A program made the position numbers and the translations under genes. DNA of 62,129 nt, filler included. It is 9 parts of 9 records of this genome, joined end to end, with 100 filler letters (N's around TTAATTAATTAA, not from the genome) between each part and the next. Parts side by side here need not be neighbours in the genome. Positions count along the whole stretch, not along the records: positions 19,207 to 26,025 come from SRR7504441_3342; positions 26,126 to 29,457 come from SRR7504441_3353; positions 29,558 to 37,674 come from SRR7504441_3358; 6 more parts are not named here. One strand, written 5' to 3'. Every line of letters begins with the position of its first letter. Positions within the stretch are counted from its first letter, which is position 1. The notes under the pieces were generated by a model, which was given only the letters and a program-made list of their open reading frames with translations, did not search any database and was not told the DNA's origin. Of the stretch, positions 23,696-35,435 are shown piece by piece.

Positions 23696-25198
23696 TTACT
23701 GCGTTCGGAATCGTGGTCGCCCTCGGCGCTCTCCTTCGTCGTCTTCCTCGTTGTCGCTGCTACCATCACTATCCATGACATCGTCCTCCTCATCGTCGCT
23801 ACTCTCATCATCGTCGCTGCTCTCGTCATCGTCGCTGCTCGCATCATCGTCCTCTTGAGCCCTATTTGCTGCTCGCCTGGCGCTAACTTGTTGCATCATC
23901 AGCCGCATTATCGCAGCCCGCAGTCTGGAGCCTCCAGCCTGCAACAGTCCTGTGCCCGAGCAGTTGCGCTCGACCAACGCTCGTCTTGAGGCCTGAACGA
24001 ACCAATGAGCTGATCGCTGCCCGCACAGACTTGCCTCTTGGTCGGCTGAGCCTTCCCGGTGTGGCGTCCACAGTTTAACATCGTAATCTATCCCACTCGA
24101 GGCCAGCACCTGCCCCAGTAGGTTAAACACGGCCAGCCGCAGCTGGCACCGGGTCAAGCGGATGCTGCTGGCAGACATTCACCACGTTGGTGTCGCCGTG
24201 GAGGGCCTGCACCACCTGTCCGGAGCAGGCATCCCAGAAAAAAATGTTCCCGTCGTCGCTCCCACTCACCTTGCCAGCAGGCTCAACCACCACACAAGCA
24301 CCGGCCTTCACACCACAAACTGCGACTGCTCACCAAACCAGCCGACCTCCTTCACCGTGCGCATGTTTAAGTGGCCGCGCAGCTCCCGAGCAGCGCCCCC
24401 AGATCCTCTCGCTACGTCGAACAAGCACACGGCGTCGCCCGAGTAGGAGGCCGCCAGCCTAGAACCGTCTCTAGAGAAGGCCACGCCAGTCACATGCCCC
24501 CCACCGGCCCCACCAGTGAAGGATGCCACAGGCTGGCCCGGCTGGCGACGATCGAGCACGAGCACGCGATCCGACCCGCCCGCAACTGCCACATGCTCGG
24601 GCTTGAGCGGATTAACAGAAAGCGAGTTAAGTCCGGCGATCGGGCAGACGGCCAGTACGTGCGCTAATTCACTCTGGTCTGAAAAGCAGGACGAGTCGCG
24701 GATATCAAACTGCCGAAGGGTCGAATCCTCTGAGGCTGAAAGGACCAGGTTGGGGTCAGCCGGCAGCGTGCCCAGCTTTTTGACGCGGTCGGTGTGGCAC
24801 TCTATCGAGCTGGAGCTGCACTGCTCCCAGGCTGTGACGTCCCGCATGTGCACCTGGATCCGGCCGTCCCCGGCGCAGCTCACCACCACCTGGTCGTTGC
24901 TGCAGGGCATGAACCGGGTGCTGAAGATGTTCTGGGTGTGCCCGGTGTGGACTCGGCCCTCAAGCATCCGCCGTTGGTAGCTCCAGATGCAGACGGTCGT
25001 GTCGTCCGAGCCCGAGACAAGCCGGTCGCCGTTCTCGCTCCAGGTGACCGTGTTGACGCACCCGTCGTGTGCCTCCAGCGTTCCCGCCAGTCCGAGCCGC
25101 TGCACGGCCGCCCGGCTGCCTCCAAACACCCGGCGCCGGCGGTGGGGCTGATCCAGCGAACGGAGCAGCTCAGCCGCCCCCCCCTGTCCCCGACCCAT
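23696..25198 (-). CDS. DCAF8: WD40 protein, DDB1- and CUL4-associated factor 8-like
   Basis: HDGCVNTVTW...SGSDDT, TGHTQNIFSTRFMP, GHLNMRTVKEV, SGSDDGNIFFWD, VNV..HP..P|VLASSGIDYDVKLW. Three short introns and an acidic tail. Confidence 0.8.
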
Positions 25199-25276
25199 GT
25201 CCCCAGGGTGCGCAGGTGCCCGCAGCTGCAGCTGCTGCCGTTCGGTTGAGAGGGCCGGCCTGCTGCTGCTGACTCT

Positions 25277-25959
25277 ATGGCCGGGCTGAACGAAGCCGTG
25301 TTCGGTGTGGTGGTGCAATGCCTCGCGGTGGGCAGCGGGCTCGTCTGCGGGACGCCCCCTGCCTTGTACTCACCAGTGCCCTCCCGGTACCTCGGCCGGT
25401 TCACATTCCTTACGTGAGTTCGCCGGGCCGGGGCGGCCGCCGACTGGGCAGGTGCAGCTTCCAGTCCAATCTGATCCTGCTCGTGTACTTTGCGCTCTGC
25501 GCCCTGCAGGGTGGGCAGGTGACCGGCAGGCTGGCCCGGAGTTTCCCCCTGGTGCTCGCCACCGGCAGCTTCCTTACGCTGTGCTACTATGCGCTGGATC
25601 ACTTTAACCCCGAGAACGTCAAGAAGCGCAAGGAATTCGGGCGGAAAGGCTACCCGTACATCCTATACGCAGCCCACCTGGAGCACGGCATGGCGCTCCC
25701 GGTGGTCTGGTTCTTCAAATACACCGCGGCGGCGGCGATCCAGCCGAGTCTGACCGTGGCCGACGTGTGCTGGTGGGTTGGAGGGTATATTGGATTCTAT
25801 GTCCTTCTGGTGCACGTGAATAAGCTCGCCACCGGGGCATGGGTGTACCCGATCATCGATGACGTGACCAAAGCCGCCGGCGCGCTGGGCCGGGGGGTTT
25901 TCTTCCTTGTGCTCTCCGGTGTGTTTGTGCTGCTTGGAATGTTGGCGCTCGTAGTCTAG
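25277..25959 (+). CDS. FAR-17a/AIG1-like multipass membrane protein
   Basis: Intron 25414-25457 joins YLGRFTFLT|FQSNL (family Thr motif). HLEH and GAWVYPI are present, with about six hydrophobic segments. Confidence 0.75.
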
Positions 25960-26025
25960 TTAGCTTGAGATTTATACCAAGTACTATGAAATATAATACC
26001 GTACAACTCGGGTTTAATTAGATAA

Positions 26026-26125
26026 NNNNNNNNNNNNNNNNNNNNNNNNNNNNNNNNNNNNNNNNNNNNTTAATTAATTAANNNNNNNNNNNNNNNNNNN
26101 NNNNNNNNNNNNNNNNNNNNNNNNN
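26026..26125. other. Artificial contig linker
   Basis: Same 100-nt linker. Confidence 0.97.
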
Positions 26126-26436
26126 ATCCGCGCCGCCCCGGCGCTTCAGCTGCCAGTCTAGCTGCGGGACTGGCCCACGGAGCGCCGGCGCTTCCGGATC
26201 CGGGCTGCTCGAGGATCGCGCTCTTGACATCCCCCGAACGCGTCTCTCGAACACGAGTGCCTCCGAGCGAGGCTTCGTAAAAATCCAAATGAAATCCTCG
26301 CGCCGCGCCCTAACGGTAACGACCGGTCAACCCTTGCTTGTCAGCCCTGTACTGTATTGCACGGATTTTATCGACTTATTAGAGTCGTATAGAGTGCACG
26401 CACTCGATATCGATTTATTCTTTATTTAATTTGTGA

Positions 26437-29209
26437 TCAGTCGTCCTCGATAGGCCGGGATGCGGCAAGCCCAACATCCACAAAGGTGGTGGCCAGTTTG
26501 GTCCCTCCAAAGATACTCACCGCGACAGCCCGGACAGCCCGAGCTTGGCAGTCGGCCATATACTGCACCGGGAGCACCACTGATGCTTCGAGAAAAATCA
26601 TATCGAATTCGAAGGAATCAAACAACTGTGCTCCCTCGGGTGGCGCACTCCATATTGCGTGCTCTAACTGATCGCGGTTCTTGCCTATTTTGTCTACCAG
26701 ATCGCCGCTGACGAAGGCCAGGATCAGCCAGTCCTCGTCACAGTCGTCGCGGTGCCGGTGCAAGCTGTACTCGGGATCTAAGTCAAACGACAATGTGTAC
26801 AATCGTAGCTCGGTGGTTGCATACGGCAGTCTGCCCATCGCCGGTGCTAGGACCTTGCTTCTCAGGCTTAGCAACGTCCAGAGCCCCGTCCGAAACAGCA
26901 TTGCCGTCTCCCCGACGGACAGATCGCAGAGTCTCTCCCAGAGACCTTGCAAAAGACCCTGGTTCGGACCGGTTGCTATCGCACACAGCAGTTGCACCCA
27001 CGCAGCTGTGTTTTGGGCTGGCAAGACCCGGCCGGCCTGAAGCCCGTGAAAGCTCCCGTTGGCCCATACGCCCCTGAACTCGCTATGTATATGCGCCAGA
27101 TATCCGACCAGGCCGGTCTGCACCTCACAGGCGGAACTGCAGTGGGCCCAGGCTCCTAGCTGGTCCGAGGCTGAAGTCGTTGTCCAATCCACTGATAAAG
27201 CCCCGTTACTACCGTTCTGGGGCTCCTGCATCGAGAGCCCTAGCAAGCCGGTCAGCTGTCTTGCTGTAAAGTGCCCGCCGGTGCAGCGCTCAAGCTGCTC
27301 AGAAGGGGTCTTGGCTGTACCCAAGATCTTCTCAGCCCGATGAAACGCGTCACTGTCACGCATTAAAGGCAGGAAGCATACTGCTGTGCTCAGAAACCCC
27401 GTGTAGTCGCTCACGTTAGACGTGTGCATAACGTCCATACGCTCAGCGCTATCTGCAGCGAGCATCGTCCTTGGGAGCGCCATGCAGTCCCCAAGCCAAA
27501 TGTGAACCATCCCAGCACACGGCAGCTGAACCGTCGCCACGAATAGCCGCGTGAATGAGTCAATAAAGCTTGCGTTCAAGGCCATCAGGCTCCCTAGCAC
27601 AGAGTCTGCTAGCAACGGCCCCCTGGGTAGCGCTAGAAACGGCCCCTCGCAGTGCAAGATTGACCGTTCCAACGGATCGAGCAATGTTGGGTTGACACTT
27701 GCCCTTTGTTGCATGTCTTCAGGGATCCACACACCGCACTGAGACTCAGCCGCCGCAAGCTCACACGCAAGCGCCGCGGTCTGTTTGAGCATGCCATGCT
27801 TGTAATAAAACTCCTCCTCCTCGCGATCATCTCGCTCAGTCCTAATGAATCTATATTTGCCCGCTGCGTACTCCCCGGCGGCTGCGAGAGTGGGTTGCAC
27901 CAGCGAATGATCCCTAGGGCAGCCCCTCCACCGCAGCCAGATGCTCCTCAACCGGGTCAGAACCTGCAGCCGCTCTTCATCGGAATCGCCATTGGATGCA
28001 TGGAGTCTCGCCCACCGCACACGCTGCTCAAACTCGTCCAGAGATTCCGAAGCCTCAATTAACTCGTCCAACACAGAGTCGAGCGAAGACCGTTGGGCGC
28101 TACTAATGCACATGCAAGACCACACGCCCGTAAACAGCGCTGACAGCCACTTTCCCCGACTGAACGCCTCTTGGTGGCTCTTACTAAGCGACCCGCCGCC
28201 ATCCGCCCAGCGAGCGGCGATGGAAAGCAACACGAAGCACCGAGCTACCACCACCGGCGAAGTGTCGTTTAGATGCAGATGGACCGTTGGGGTCGCCTTA
28301 GCCGGGAGTGCTTTCAGGCGACGATCCAAGTGTGCCAGAGTGCAGAGCGCGGTCCGCATGTCCCCGGCACCACAGAATAACATATTAAAAGAGCTCGCCC
28401 ACTCTCGATTTGGACGCAATTGACTGCCGCTCAACACGCTGCTAATGCTCGTATTGCCCACAAGGTGGCGATCCCACGAGAACAGATCCAGCCTCGGCAC
28501 GTGACATTGAACAGCCCCTCTGGCGGCCCCAGCCAGTGGCAGCGAGGCACGAACCACCCGCGCGGCCTGCAACCCCTCCGAGCGCTGCCCACTAGGCGTG
28601 GCTAGCAGGAAGCCCCGGACGGCCTCCATGCCGAGAGCCCGCGCCGTCCCCGCTGGGGTCTGACCTCGACCGCTGAGCGCCGCTACTGATTTGGCTAGCC
28701 GCAGCTGCGCCTTCGCCTGCATAGGAAGGCTGGCCCCGCCGATACCACAAAGCGCCAGGCAGCTGACCATTTCCGGCAGGTTCCGATCCAAGTCACAACC
28801 GAGCGCCAGCCGGGCCGCACACCGGTTGGAGAGCAGCTCGGCCACCAGCCGTTGGCCCTCCGGGTCGGCGATCAACAGACTCGGGCACTCTACCGAGAGG
28901 GCGCTGTCATACATCTCGAGTGCCCTTGCCGACTTGCCTTGCTTAAATAGCCGATTGGCATCCTCCTGTCGGGACGTCACCCGGCGCGCAGGCCGGCCGC
29001 ACCTTGCACCGACGGGCCCGCTCGACCGCCGGAGCCTCGGACTGGCCGCGGGCAGTGGCCTGCAGCAGCTGGCCAACAGTCATCTGGTCCACCCGCAGGC
29101 CGGGCGGAAGCGCAGCCAGCGGCCGGGGCCGGTGTCTGGACGCGGCCGGCTCGGCCTCGTAGTCGGCCGCTGCTGGGTGGCGGCGGGAGCTGTTGAGCAC
29201 TAGCGGCAT
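26437..29209 (-). CDS. TPR + DUF4470 domain protein
   Basis: 37-nt intron 28966-29002. TPR (KEDANRLFKQGK...LLSNRCAARL), DUF4470 (VGNTS...MLFCGAGDMR...HLNDTSPVVVAR) and DVMHTSNVSDY. Confidence 0.8.
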
Positions 29210-29457
29210 CGTCCGACTGTTACCCACCCCGGCGCGCCTCGGGTCACCGATAGTTCCGTTGTAGACCTAAAGGTTACATGTATATTATATGACGGCAAAA
29301 TCGCCTGCGGCGATTTTGCCGACCAAAATAGGGCGTCATAGAAACCCGAAGCGTCATACGAATGGAACGAACCCAGGCGTGGAACCGCGCATTGGCCACC
29401 GACTGTCCCCGCGTGCTACGTGGCCAGCCCACCTCCCTTGGCGCCTAGAGCATCATT

Positions 29458-29557
29458 NNNNNNNNNNNNNNNNNNNNNNNNNNNNNNNNNNNNNNNNNNN
29501 NTTAATTAATTAANNNNNNNNNNNNNNNNNNNNNNNNNNNNNNNNNNNNNNNNNNNN
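29458..29557. other. Artificial contig linker
   Basis: Same 100-nt linker. Confidence 0.97.
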
Positions 29558-30704
29558 GCAGTCCCAGCCTCTGGCATCACACTCACCACCTGCACCTCTC
29601 TCAGCATCGGGCGGCCAGCTCAACCCCACCACCCCGGGCCGCCCCTGCCTCCCAGTCCTCCCCGCCCTGTGCAAGTAACTCGCTGCGCTGAGCGGGAAAT
29701 CGAAATTGAGCACGCTGCCCACTTTGTCCAGGTCGAGACCCCGGGCGGCCAAGTCTGTGCACACAAGCAGCTCCAACCGGTCGGCTCTGCCAGCAAGCTC
29801 AGCTCAGGCACACGCTGGCAGTGCCTGTCGACCAGCCTTTTGAGCAGGATTGGCCTCTGCTCTCTTGCCACCAGTCGCGAGTACGGCTCAACCTCAGTCT
29901 GCAGCAGCGGCTGGAGCTTTTCAGCCAGTTCGTGCGCGCGTGCAGCATCCCTGGTGAACGCCAGTCGCGGCCCCGGGCACTTGTCCACTAGCTCGGCCAG
30001 CTGGCTGCACCGCTGCGCCCAGCCAGCGCCTGTCCTCTCCACGAAGCTATGCTCTGTGCCCTCGAGTACCACATGCGCCCCCACAGAGTCGGGATCGGCG
30101 TACTGGGCTGCCGGAAAGGCCCGCTTGAGCCATTGACCGACGCTACGGGTGCTGTTGCGCGGGATGGTGGCGGCTACCAGCACCAATCTCACCCCGCGTC
30201 GGTCGAGCCGCTGCAGCAGCTGCCGAAGCCCAGCGCTGCCCGCCAGCAGCGCGTCCGCTTCGTCCAGCACCAGCGTGTGCATCTCCTCCCACAGCTCGGG
30301 CCGCGTGCCGTCCGCCCGCAGAAGCGCCTGCGGTGTGGTTACCCAGAGCCCCGGGCCGGACTCGAGCTCAGTGGCCTGCCCGGAGTTAGCTGGCGGCCGC
30401 CTCCAGCCGCACCGCCTCCAGCCGCACCGCCGGCCACGCAGAGCAGCTGGGCCTGCAGGTCCGGCCCGGGCACTGCCACGGTCGCCCCGGGCTGCCGGCC
30501 AAGCAGCGGGGCCAGGTAGGCGACCGTCTTTCCAGCGCCGGGCGGCGCGTGCAGGACCACCGGTGCGCCCGGAGCGACCCGGAGCAGCCCGGCTGCCGCC
30601 CGCTGGATCGGGGTGGGACTGGCCAGCCCGGCGGCTTCCAGACGGGCCGCCGCACACTCGGCAAGCCCGAGCGACCGCCACCGGAGCGCTCCGCGCCACC
30701 ACAT
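29558..30704 (-). CDS. DEAD-box RNA helicase (divergent, 3' end at or near the contig edge)
   Basis: [32 protein letters not shown] and [12 protein letters not shown] are spread over three ORFs separated by short introns. Confidence 0.85.
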
Positions 30705-30827
30705 GTCCACGAGCTGTCGGGGAAGCGACAGGTGTAGCACGTTCTGCCCGCCGAGGTGCTGTCTTGAGCTCAATGAGCTGTCTTGAGCTGGCGGGCAGTC
30801 CCGCGGGAACTGCTCGGGGGGGGGGGA

Positions 30828-33695
30828 ATGGTGATGCGATGTGTCCTACTCGCCCTCGTATGGCTGGCGCTCATATCTGGCTCGGCTGGCACAACCGCTG
30901 AAGGACTCTCCAGGATACTGGCTGATCTTAGCGTGGCTGAGAAGGCCCGGCAGCTCGACATCTTCCGGGCAGCTGATATGCTCACGAACGGCCAGGTGAA
31001 TATGAGCAAGGCTGCGTTAAGCTGGGGCAATCTGAGCCTTGGGGTCGGGATACTGCATGACGTGTACCCATACCCGTCGCTATCGAATCAGATCATGCAG
31101 GCGCTCACACAGGCGAGCAGATCCAAGATACCGCCTCTGATAGGTGGCGAGGCCACCCACGGGCTCCAGATGGACGATCATACTATCTTCCCATCGCCCA
31201 TATCGCTCGCGGCTACATGGGACGTGGAGCTGATGAGAGCCTACGGTGGTGTGGTGGGGTCGGAGGCCCGTGCATGCGGCACACACGTCACATGGGCTCC
31301 AGTGCTCGGCTTGTGTCGTGAGCCGCGATGGGGACGGTGCGAGGAAATGATGGGTGAAGACCCGCACCTAGCCGCAGAGCTAGGCCGTGCAGCGATTAAC
31401 GGACTCACTAACGACCAGAATTTCAGCTCGCCGGCTGCAGTTGCACCGCTGATGAAGCACTATGCTGCATACTCGGTGCCGGAGGGAGGCCATAACACAG
31501 CGCCGGCCCACATCGGCAGGAGGGAGCTGCTCTCCACGTTCGTGCCGCCGTTTGCCGCCGGGATGGACGCTGGTGCGCAGGCGATGATGGTGAGTTACAA
31601 TGAAATCGACGGGGTGCCCAACTCGCACTCAAGCTACCTGCTCTCGACTCTGCCGAGGGGGGGCGCTGAGCAACGGGGCTCTGGGCCTGTCGAGCCTTGG
31701 GACGGGTTCATTTCGTCCGACTTCGGCGCGATTCACAACCTTCTGTCAGCCCACAATGTGGCCCAGTCAGCAGCGGATGCGATCGTGCAGTATCTCGAAG
31801 CGGGTGGCTCAGTCCAGGGTTTCGATTTTGACCATGTGACCTGGCAAGAGAGCATTATCAACTCAGTTGCGAATGGTACGCTCTCCGAAGCCGCGCTGGA
31901 CAAGGCTGTGATGAGGGTACTCACAGTCAAACAGAGGCTTGGGCTGCTCGAGCAGCCATACATACAAGACCCGTCGCGATACCACCAGCTGATCACATCC
32001 GCTGATCATGAGCAGGTAGCTCTGACCGCGGCCCGCAAGGCGATGGTGTTGCTGCAGAATGAACCCGACAAGGCGTTGGGCTCTGACTCTGCAGTGCTGC
32101 CACTCGACCCGACCAAGATCAGATCGATCGGACTGATAGGACCGAATGCAGATCAGCCGCAGTGTGGAGACTACGCTGCTGGTGGTTCGTGGGGTGCGGA
32201 TAAGTGCGGAGGCGGACCTATCAATAATCAGCGTACGTCGAGTGTGATTGGAGCTATTAAGCAGCTGTTCCCGAAGCTTGAGCTCACATACGCACCGGGT
32301 GCACCGATCGCTGATTATAACGCGTCGGCGCCGTATTACACAACCATCCAGAGCCACTCGTATAGCACTGCTGCTGGCGATCAAGGAATCATTGGCACAT
32401 ATTTTGAGGGCGCCAATATGAGTAGCTCAGCTGCTGTACTGCGCAGGAACGACTTTCTGATCTCGTTCCACTTGCTCAATTATGGACCAGGGCAGAGTGA
32501 GCCGAATCCTGCAGTGCTGCCTACCAGTGGGTTCTCGGCCTACTGGGAAGGGTTTATTACTCCGGATGCCACTGTGAACGCCACTTTCCAGGTCGTATCA
32601 CGAGGTGCAAGCCAAACAATGAAGCTGTGGCTCGATGGTGTACCCATCACTCTGGCCAACAGCAACCGCCAGCAGCCGGGTGTGGTTCAGTTGCACAGGG
32701 GCGTCAAGATTTCGATTAGGTTCGAGTACTCACAGCCTGATAACACCGGGCAGCATCCAGGTTTCGCTTTACAGTGGAATCTGCAGGGAAGCTCGCCTGT
32801 GCAGGATGCAGTGGGGGCCGTCAAGAATACGGATGCTACAGTGGTAGTGGTAGGAGGTGGCACTAGCACAACTAGCGGCGAGGGTATCGACAGGGCCTCG
32901 TTGGAACTTCCGGGCACACAGCTTGCATTGCTGCAGCAAGTGCGAGCAATTGCAGTGGCGGCTAAGAAGCCGATGGCAGTGGTGGTGGTCCAGGGCAAGC
33001 CATTCGGGGAGCAATGGATGAAGCAGTCACTGCCTGCAATCATTGAGGCATGGCAGAGCGGTCAGGCTCAAGGCAAGGCGATTGCTGAGACACTCTTTGG
33101 CATCAACAACCCTGCAGGCAGAACCCCAATCAGCTTTGCCGTGTCGGCTGACCATCTGCCTGTCTTCTATAATCACAAACCGACTGCATCACGCGGAGGC
33201 TATAATCACCCCCCACTTATACCTGGAGGCCTTTATCCCCCGACTGCACCTTCGTCTGCCTCGCTCCTGTGGGCGTTTGGGCACGGTCTCTCCTATGGCG
33301 CCAGATTCGAATACCATTCGTTGAAAATGGATGGCGGAACTAATGTGACCAAGACCACGCTCAACGGCAAAATAGCGGTGACGTTTGAGGTTACGAATGT
33401 AGGGAGTTCCGGAGCCGAGGAGGTGGTGCAGCTGTACGTCCGAGATGAACTTGCATCGGTCACCACACCAGTAATGCAGCTCCGTGACTTTCGGCGGTTG
33501 CCAATGATCGCATCTGGTGCTAGCGTCAGTGTTGCGCTCGAAATAGATGTGGTGCAGGATTTGTGGCTTATTGATCAGAGCTACACGAAGCGTGTTGAGC
33601 CGGGCAATTTCAATGTGATGATTGGAGGTGCAAGTGATAAGATTCAATTGACAGGCCTAGTTGAAGTGGTGGACAGCCACAAAGAAGAGCTTTGA
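30828..33695 (+). CDS. Secreted GH3 beta-glucosidase/xylosidase with PA14 insert and FnIII-like C-terminus
   Basis: Signal peptide, EATHG, FPSPISLAATWD, REPRWGRCEE..GEDP, MKHY, ISSDF nucleophile, PA14 (FSAYWEGFI), SGEGIDR, AFGHGLSY and EEVVQLYVRD. Confidence 0.93.
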   Translation: MVMRCVLLALVWLALISGSAGTTAEGLSRILADLSVAEKARQLDIFRAADMLTNGQVNMSKAALSWGNLSLGVGILHDVYPYPSLSNQIMQALTQASRSKIPPLIGGEATHGLQMDDHTIFPSPISLAATWDVELMRAYGGVVGSEARACGTHVTWAPVLGLCREPRWGRCEEMMGEDPHLAAELGRAAINGLTNDQNFSSPAAVAPLMKHYAAYSVPEGGHNTAPAHIGRRELLSTFVPPFAAGMDAGAQAMMVSYNEIDGVPNSHSSYLLSTLPRGGAEQRGSGPVEPWDGFISSDFGAIHNLLSAHNVAQSAADAIVQYLEAGGSVQGFDFDHVTWQESIINSVANGTLSEAALDKAVMRVLTVKQRLGLLEQPYIQDPSRYHQLITSADHEQVALTAARKAMVLLQNEPDKALGSDSAVLPLDPTKIRSIGLIGPNADQPQCGDYAAGGSWGADKCGGGPINNQRTSSVIGAIKQLFPKLELTYAPGAPIADYNASAPYYTTIQSHSYSTAAGDQGIIGTYFEGANMSSSAAVLRRNDFLISFHLLNYGPGQSEPNPAVLPTSGFSAYWEGFITPDATVNATFQVVSRGASQTMKLWLDGVPITLANSNRQQPGVVQLHRGVKISIRFEYSQPDNTGQHPGFALQWNLQGSSPVQDAVGAVKNTDATVVVVGGGTSTTSGEGIDRASLELPGTQLALLQQVRAIAVAAKKPMAVVVVQGKPFGEQWMKQSLPAIIEAWQSGQAQGKAIAETLFGINNPAGRTPISFAVSADHLPVFYNHKPTASRGGYNHPPLIPGGLYPPTAPSSASLLWAFGHGLSYGARFEYHSLKMDGGTNVTKTTLNGKIAVTFEVTNVGSSGAEEVVQLYVRDELASVTTPVMQLRDFRRLPMIASGASVSVALEIDVVQDLWLIDQSYTKRVEPGNFNVMIGGASDKIQLTGLVEVVDSHKEEL

Positions 33696-34031
33696 TTACG
33701 TCAGTAACGTATTTAAGCTTACTAAGTATAAACGTGTACGATACGTGTACGATAAGTGCGACAACTAGGTAACAAGCACTATATTTTAACACCCTAATTG
33801 ATAAACCGCAACACAGTCACCCTTGCTCGCGCAATGATCAATAAGTACGACGTAGCAGGATGTTGGACTCCATGCTTGACTATGCTACTCTCTAGAAACC
33901 CTCTCTACAATTGCAAGGTAATAGTTTCTACAAACCAGTCTTGTTGCACGTGTGCGCTGTAATGTAATCCACACGAGTACGTACGTATTTGATAACCGGA
34001 AAGCACCTATAAGATACATCATAGATCTACA

Positions 34032-35364
34032 TCATTGCTCGCTTCCAGCTGCAGCTTCTGCACTCTCAACGGGCTGCTGTGCTAGCTCGCCTGCCTCAAT
34101 AGACAGTGGGGTGCGCTGCATCAACGACATCTCTATCATATGCGGCCTCAGCTTCTCCTCTCGTTTAAACTTGGAGTGCAGCTGCCGCCGGGTTCTCTGC
34201 AACCATCTCAGCAGCCGAACAGCGAGCTACGCACATTCGGAAAGAAGGAGCCCATCAGCGAGAAGTCTGTACCGCATTGAGCAAGTGCCTGGAAGAATCG
34301 CGCAGTCTCATCTTCGCTCCACCGCTCGGAGGTTTTGAGCCCTGAGTACGACCAGGCCGACGTGGCCCTGCCCGAGCCACTCTCCACAGTGCTGCCAGAC
34401 AGCTCAACCCCGGGCGCCAGGCAGTGCGCACCGTGCGCCAGTGAAGTTGTTGGCGGTATACACCACACTCTCCTGCTCTACCACAATCTGACCGTCTATA
34501 ATCCGCACCTGGCCACCACTCAGCCGCGCCGGCCTCTGGGCCAGCCTGCGGGGCCAGTACACGATTCTTGAGGTGTTCGGTTTTCTCAGCCTCAGAGGCA
34601 GGATCATGCTGGAAGCTGCTCCTGCAGTCAGCCGAGGCGCCCGGAGCGCGCACCCGTAGACTGCCGCCCGAGTTGACCGGCGCTGTTCGGCTAGCTGGTC
34701 TCTGGTGATGCTCTGGCGCATTCCAGGCCCTTCAACCTGCTAGCAACTCTGGCCGCAACCAACCGAGCGCTTACCGCATAATGTACTAAATCCTTCAATG
34801 GCATCTGGGATATCTCCAGCGGTGTCGCCGCCTGCCGCGTCGCTCTGGCCCGGTCTGCGCCAGGCCGCACCGTGAGTCCCCTGCTCCGCTTGGGCTCCCT
34901 GCCCCGCGCCAGCTCCCTCGCGCGCTTGGGCCGGCTCTCAGCCGCAGCTTCAGACTCTTCTAGCCTGTCCGGCGCGTCAGTAGCAATGCGTGCGGGTGCA
35001 GCTACCTTGCAGCCGGGTCGGCCTCTGTGGGCGGTGGTATGTAGCTGGCTAGCCGCGGAGTCACCGGTCGCTCAGTGTGCTGCGCCGCTGAACGCGCAGT
35101 AATCTTAGCCGCGGCCGTCCTGCGGGCCAATGGCTGAGGCCAGACGAGGGCACGGTGCAACCTGGGACCATCCTGGCGGCCTGCGTCCTCCTTCGGCGCC
35201 GGGGCGGCTGGCTCGGGCGCGGCTGGCTCAGCTGCCTGTGGCTTGGGTGGCGGTGCGCGGGAGGGCGCCCCGCGGCCCCGTCCGGCGATGTTGCGCATAA
35301 TCGACCGCATGTCTGAGGCCCCGCGCCCCCGTCCCCTTCCGCCCTTCATCCCTGAGCCCTTCAT
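34032..35364 (-). CDS. BDP1: TFIIIB B'' subunit (Bdp1), Myb/SANT domain
   Basis: QVRIIDGQIVV and RWSEDETARFFQALAQCGTDFSLMGSFFPN|RTRRQLHSKFKREEK (38-nt intron). 5' exon structure is approximate. Confidence 0.88.
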
Positions 35365-35435
35365 CGTGTTGCCTCCGGCCAGCTAGCTCCAGCTAGCTGC
35401 AGCGCATCGCTCTCTCGAATAAAAAAAATCGGCCC

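Noticed and set aside
23740-23855. 18-nt tandem repeats
   Set aside because: They encode the ordinary acidic SSDDDE tail of the WD40 protein.
30399-30430. 15-bp tandem repeat GCCTCCAGCCGCACC in the DEAD-box gene at a frame change
   Set aside because: A 3n slippage duplication in or beside a short intron. I could not fix the exact donor, and it is insufficient to call a pseudogene or element.
12488-33695. Apparent CAZyme cluster (GT47, QRT3-like, GH, GH79, GH3)
   Set aside because: The genes lie on three different contigs joined artificially. Only the GH/GH79 pair is truly adjacent.
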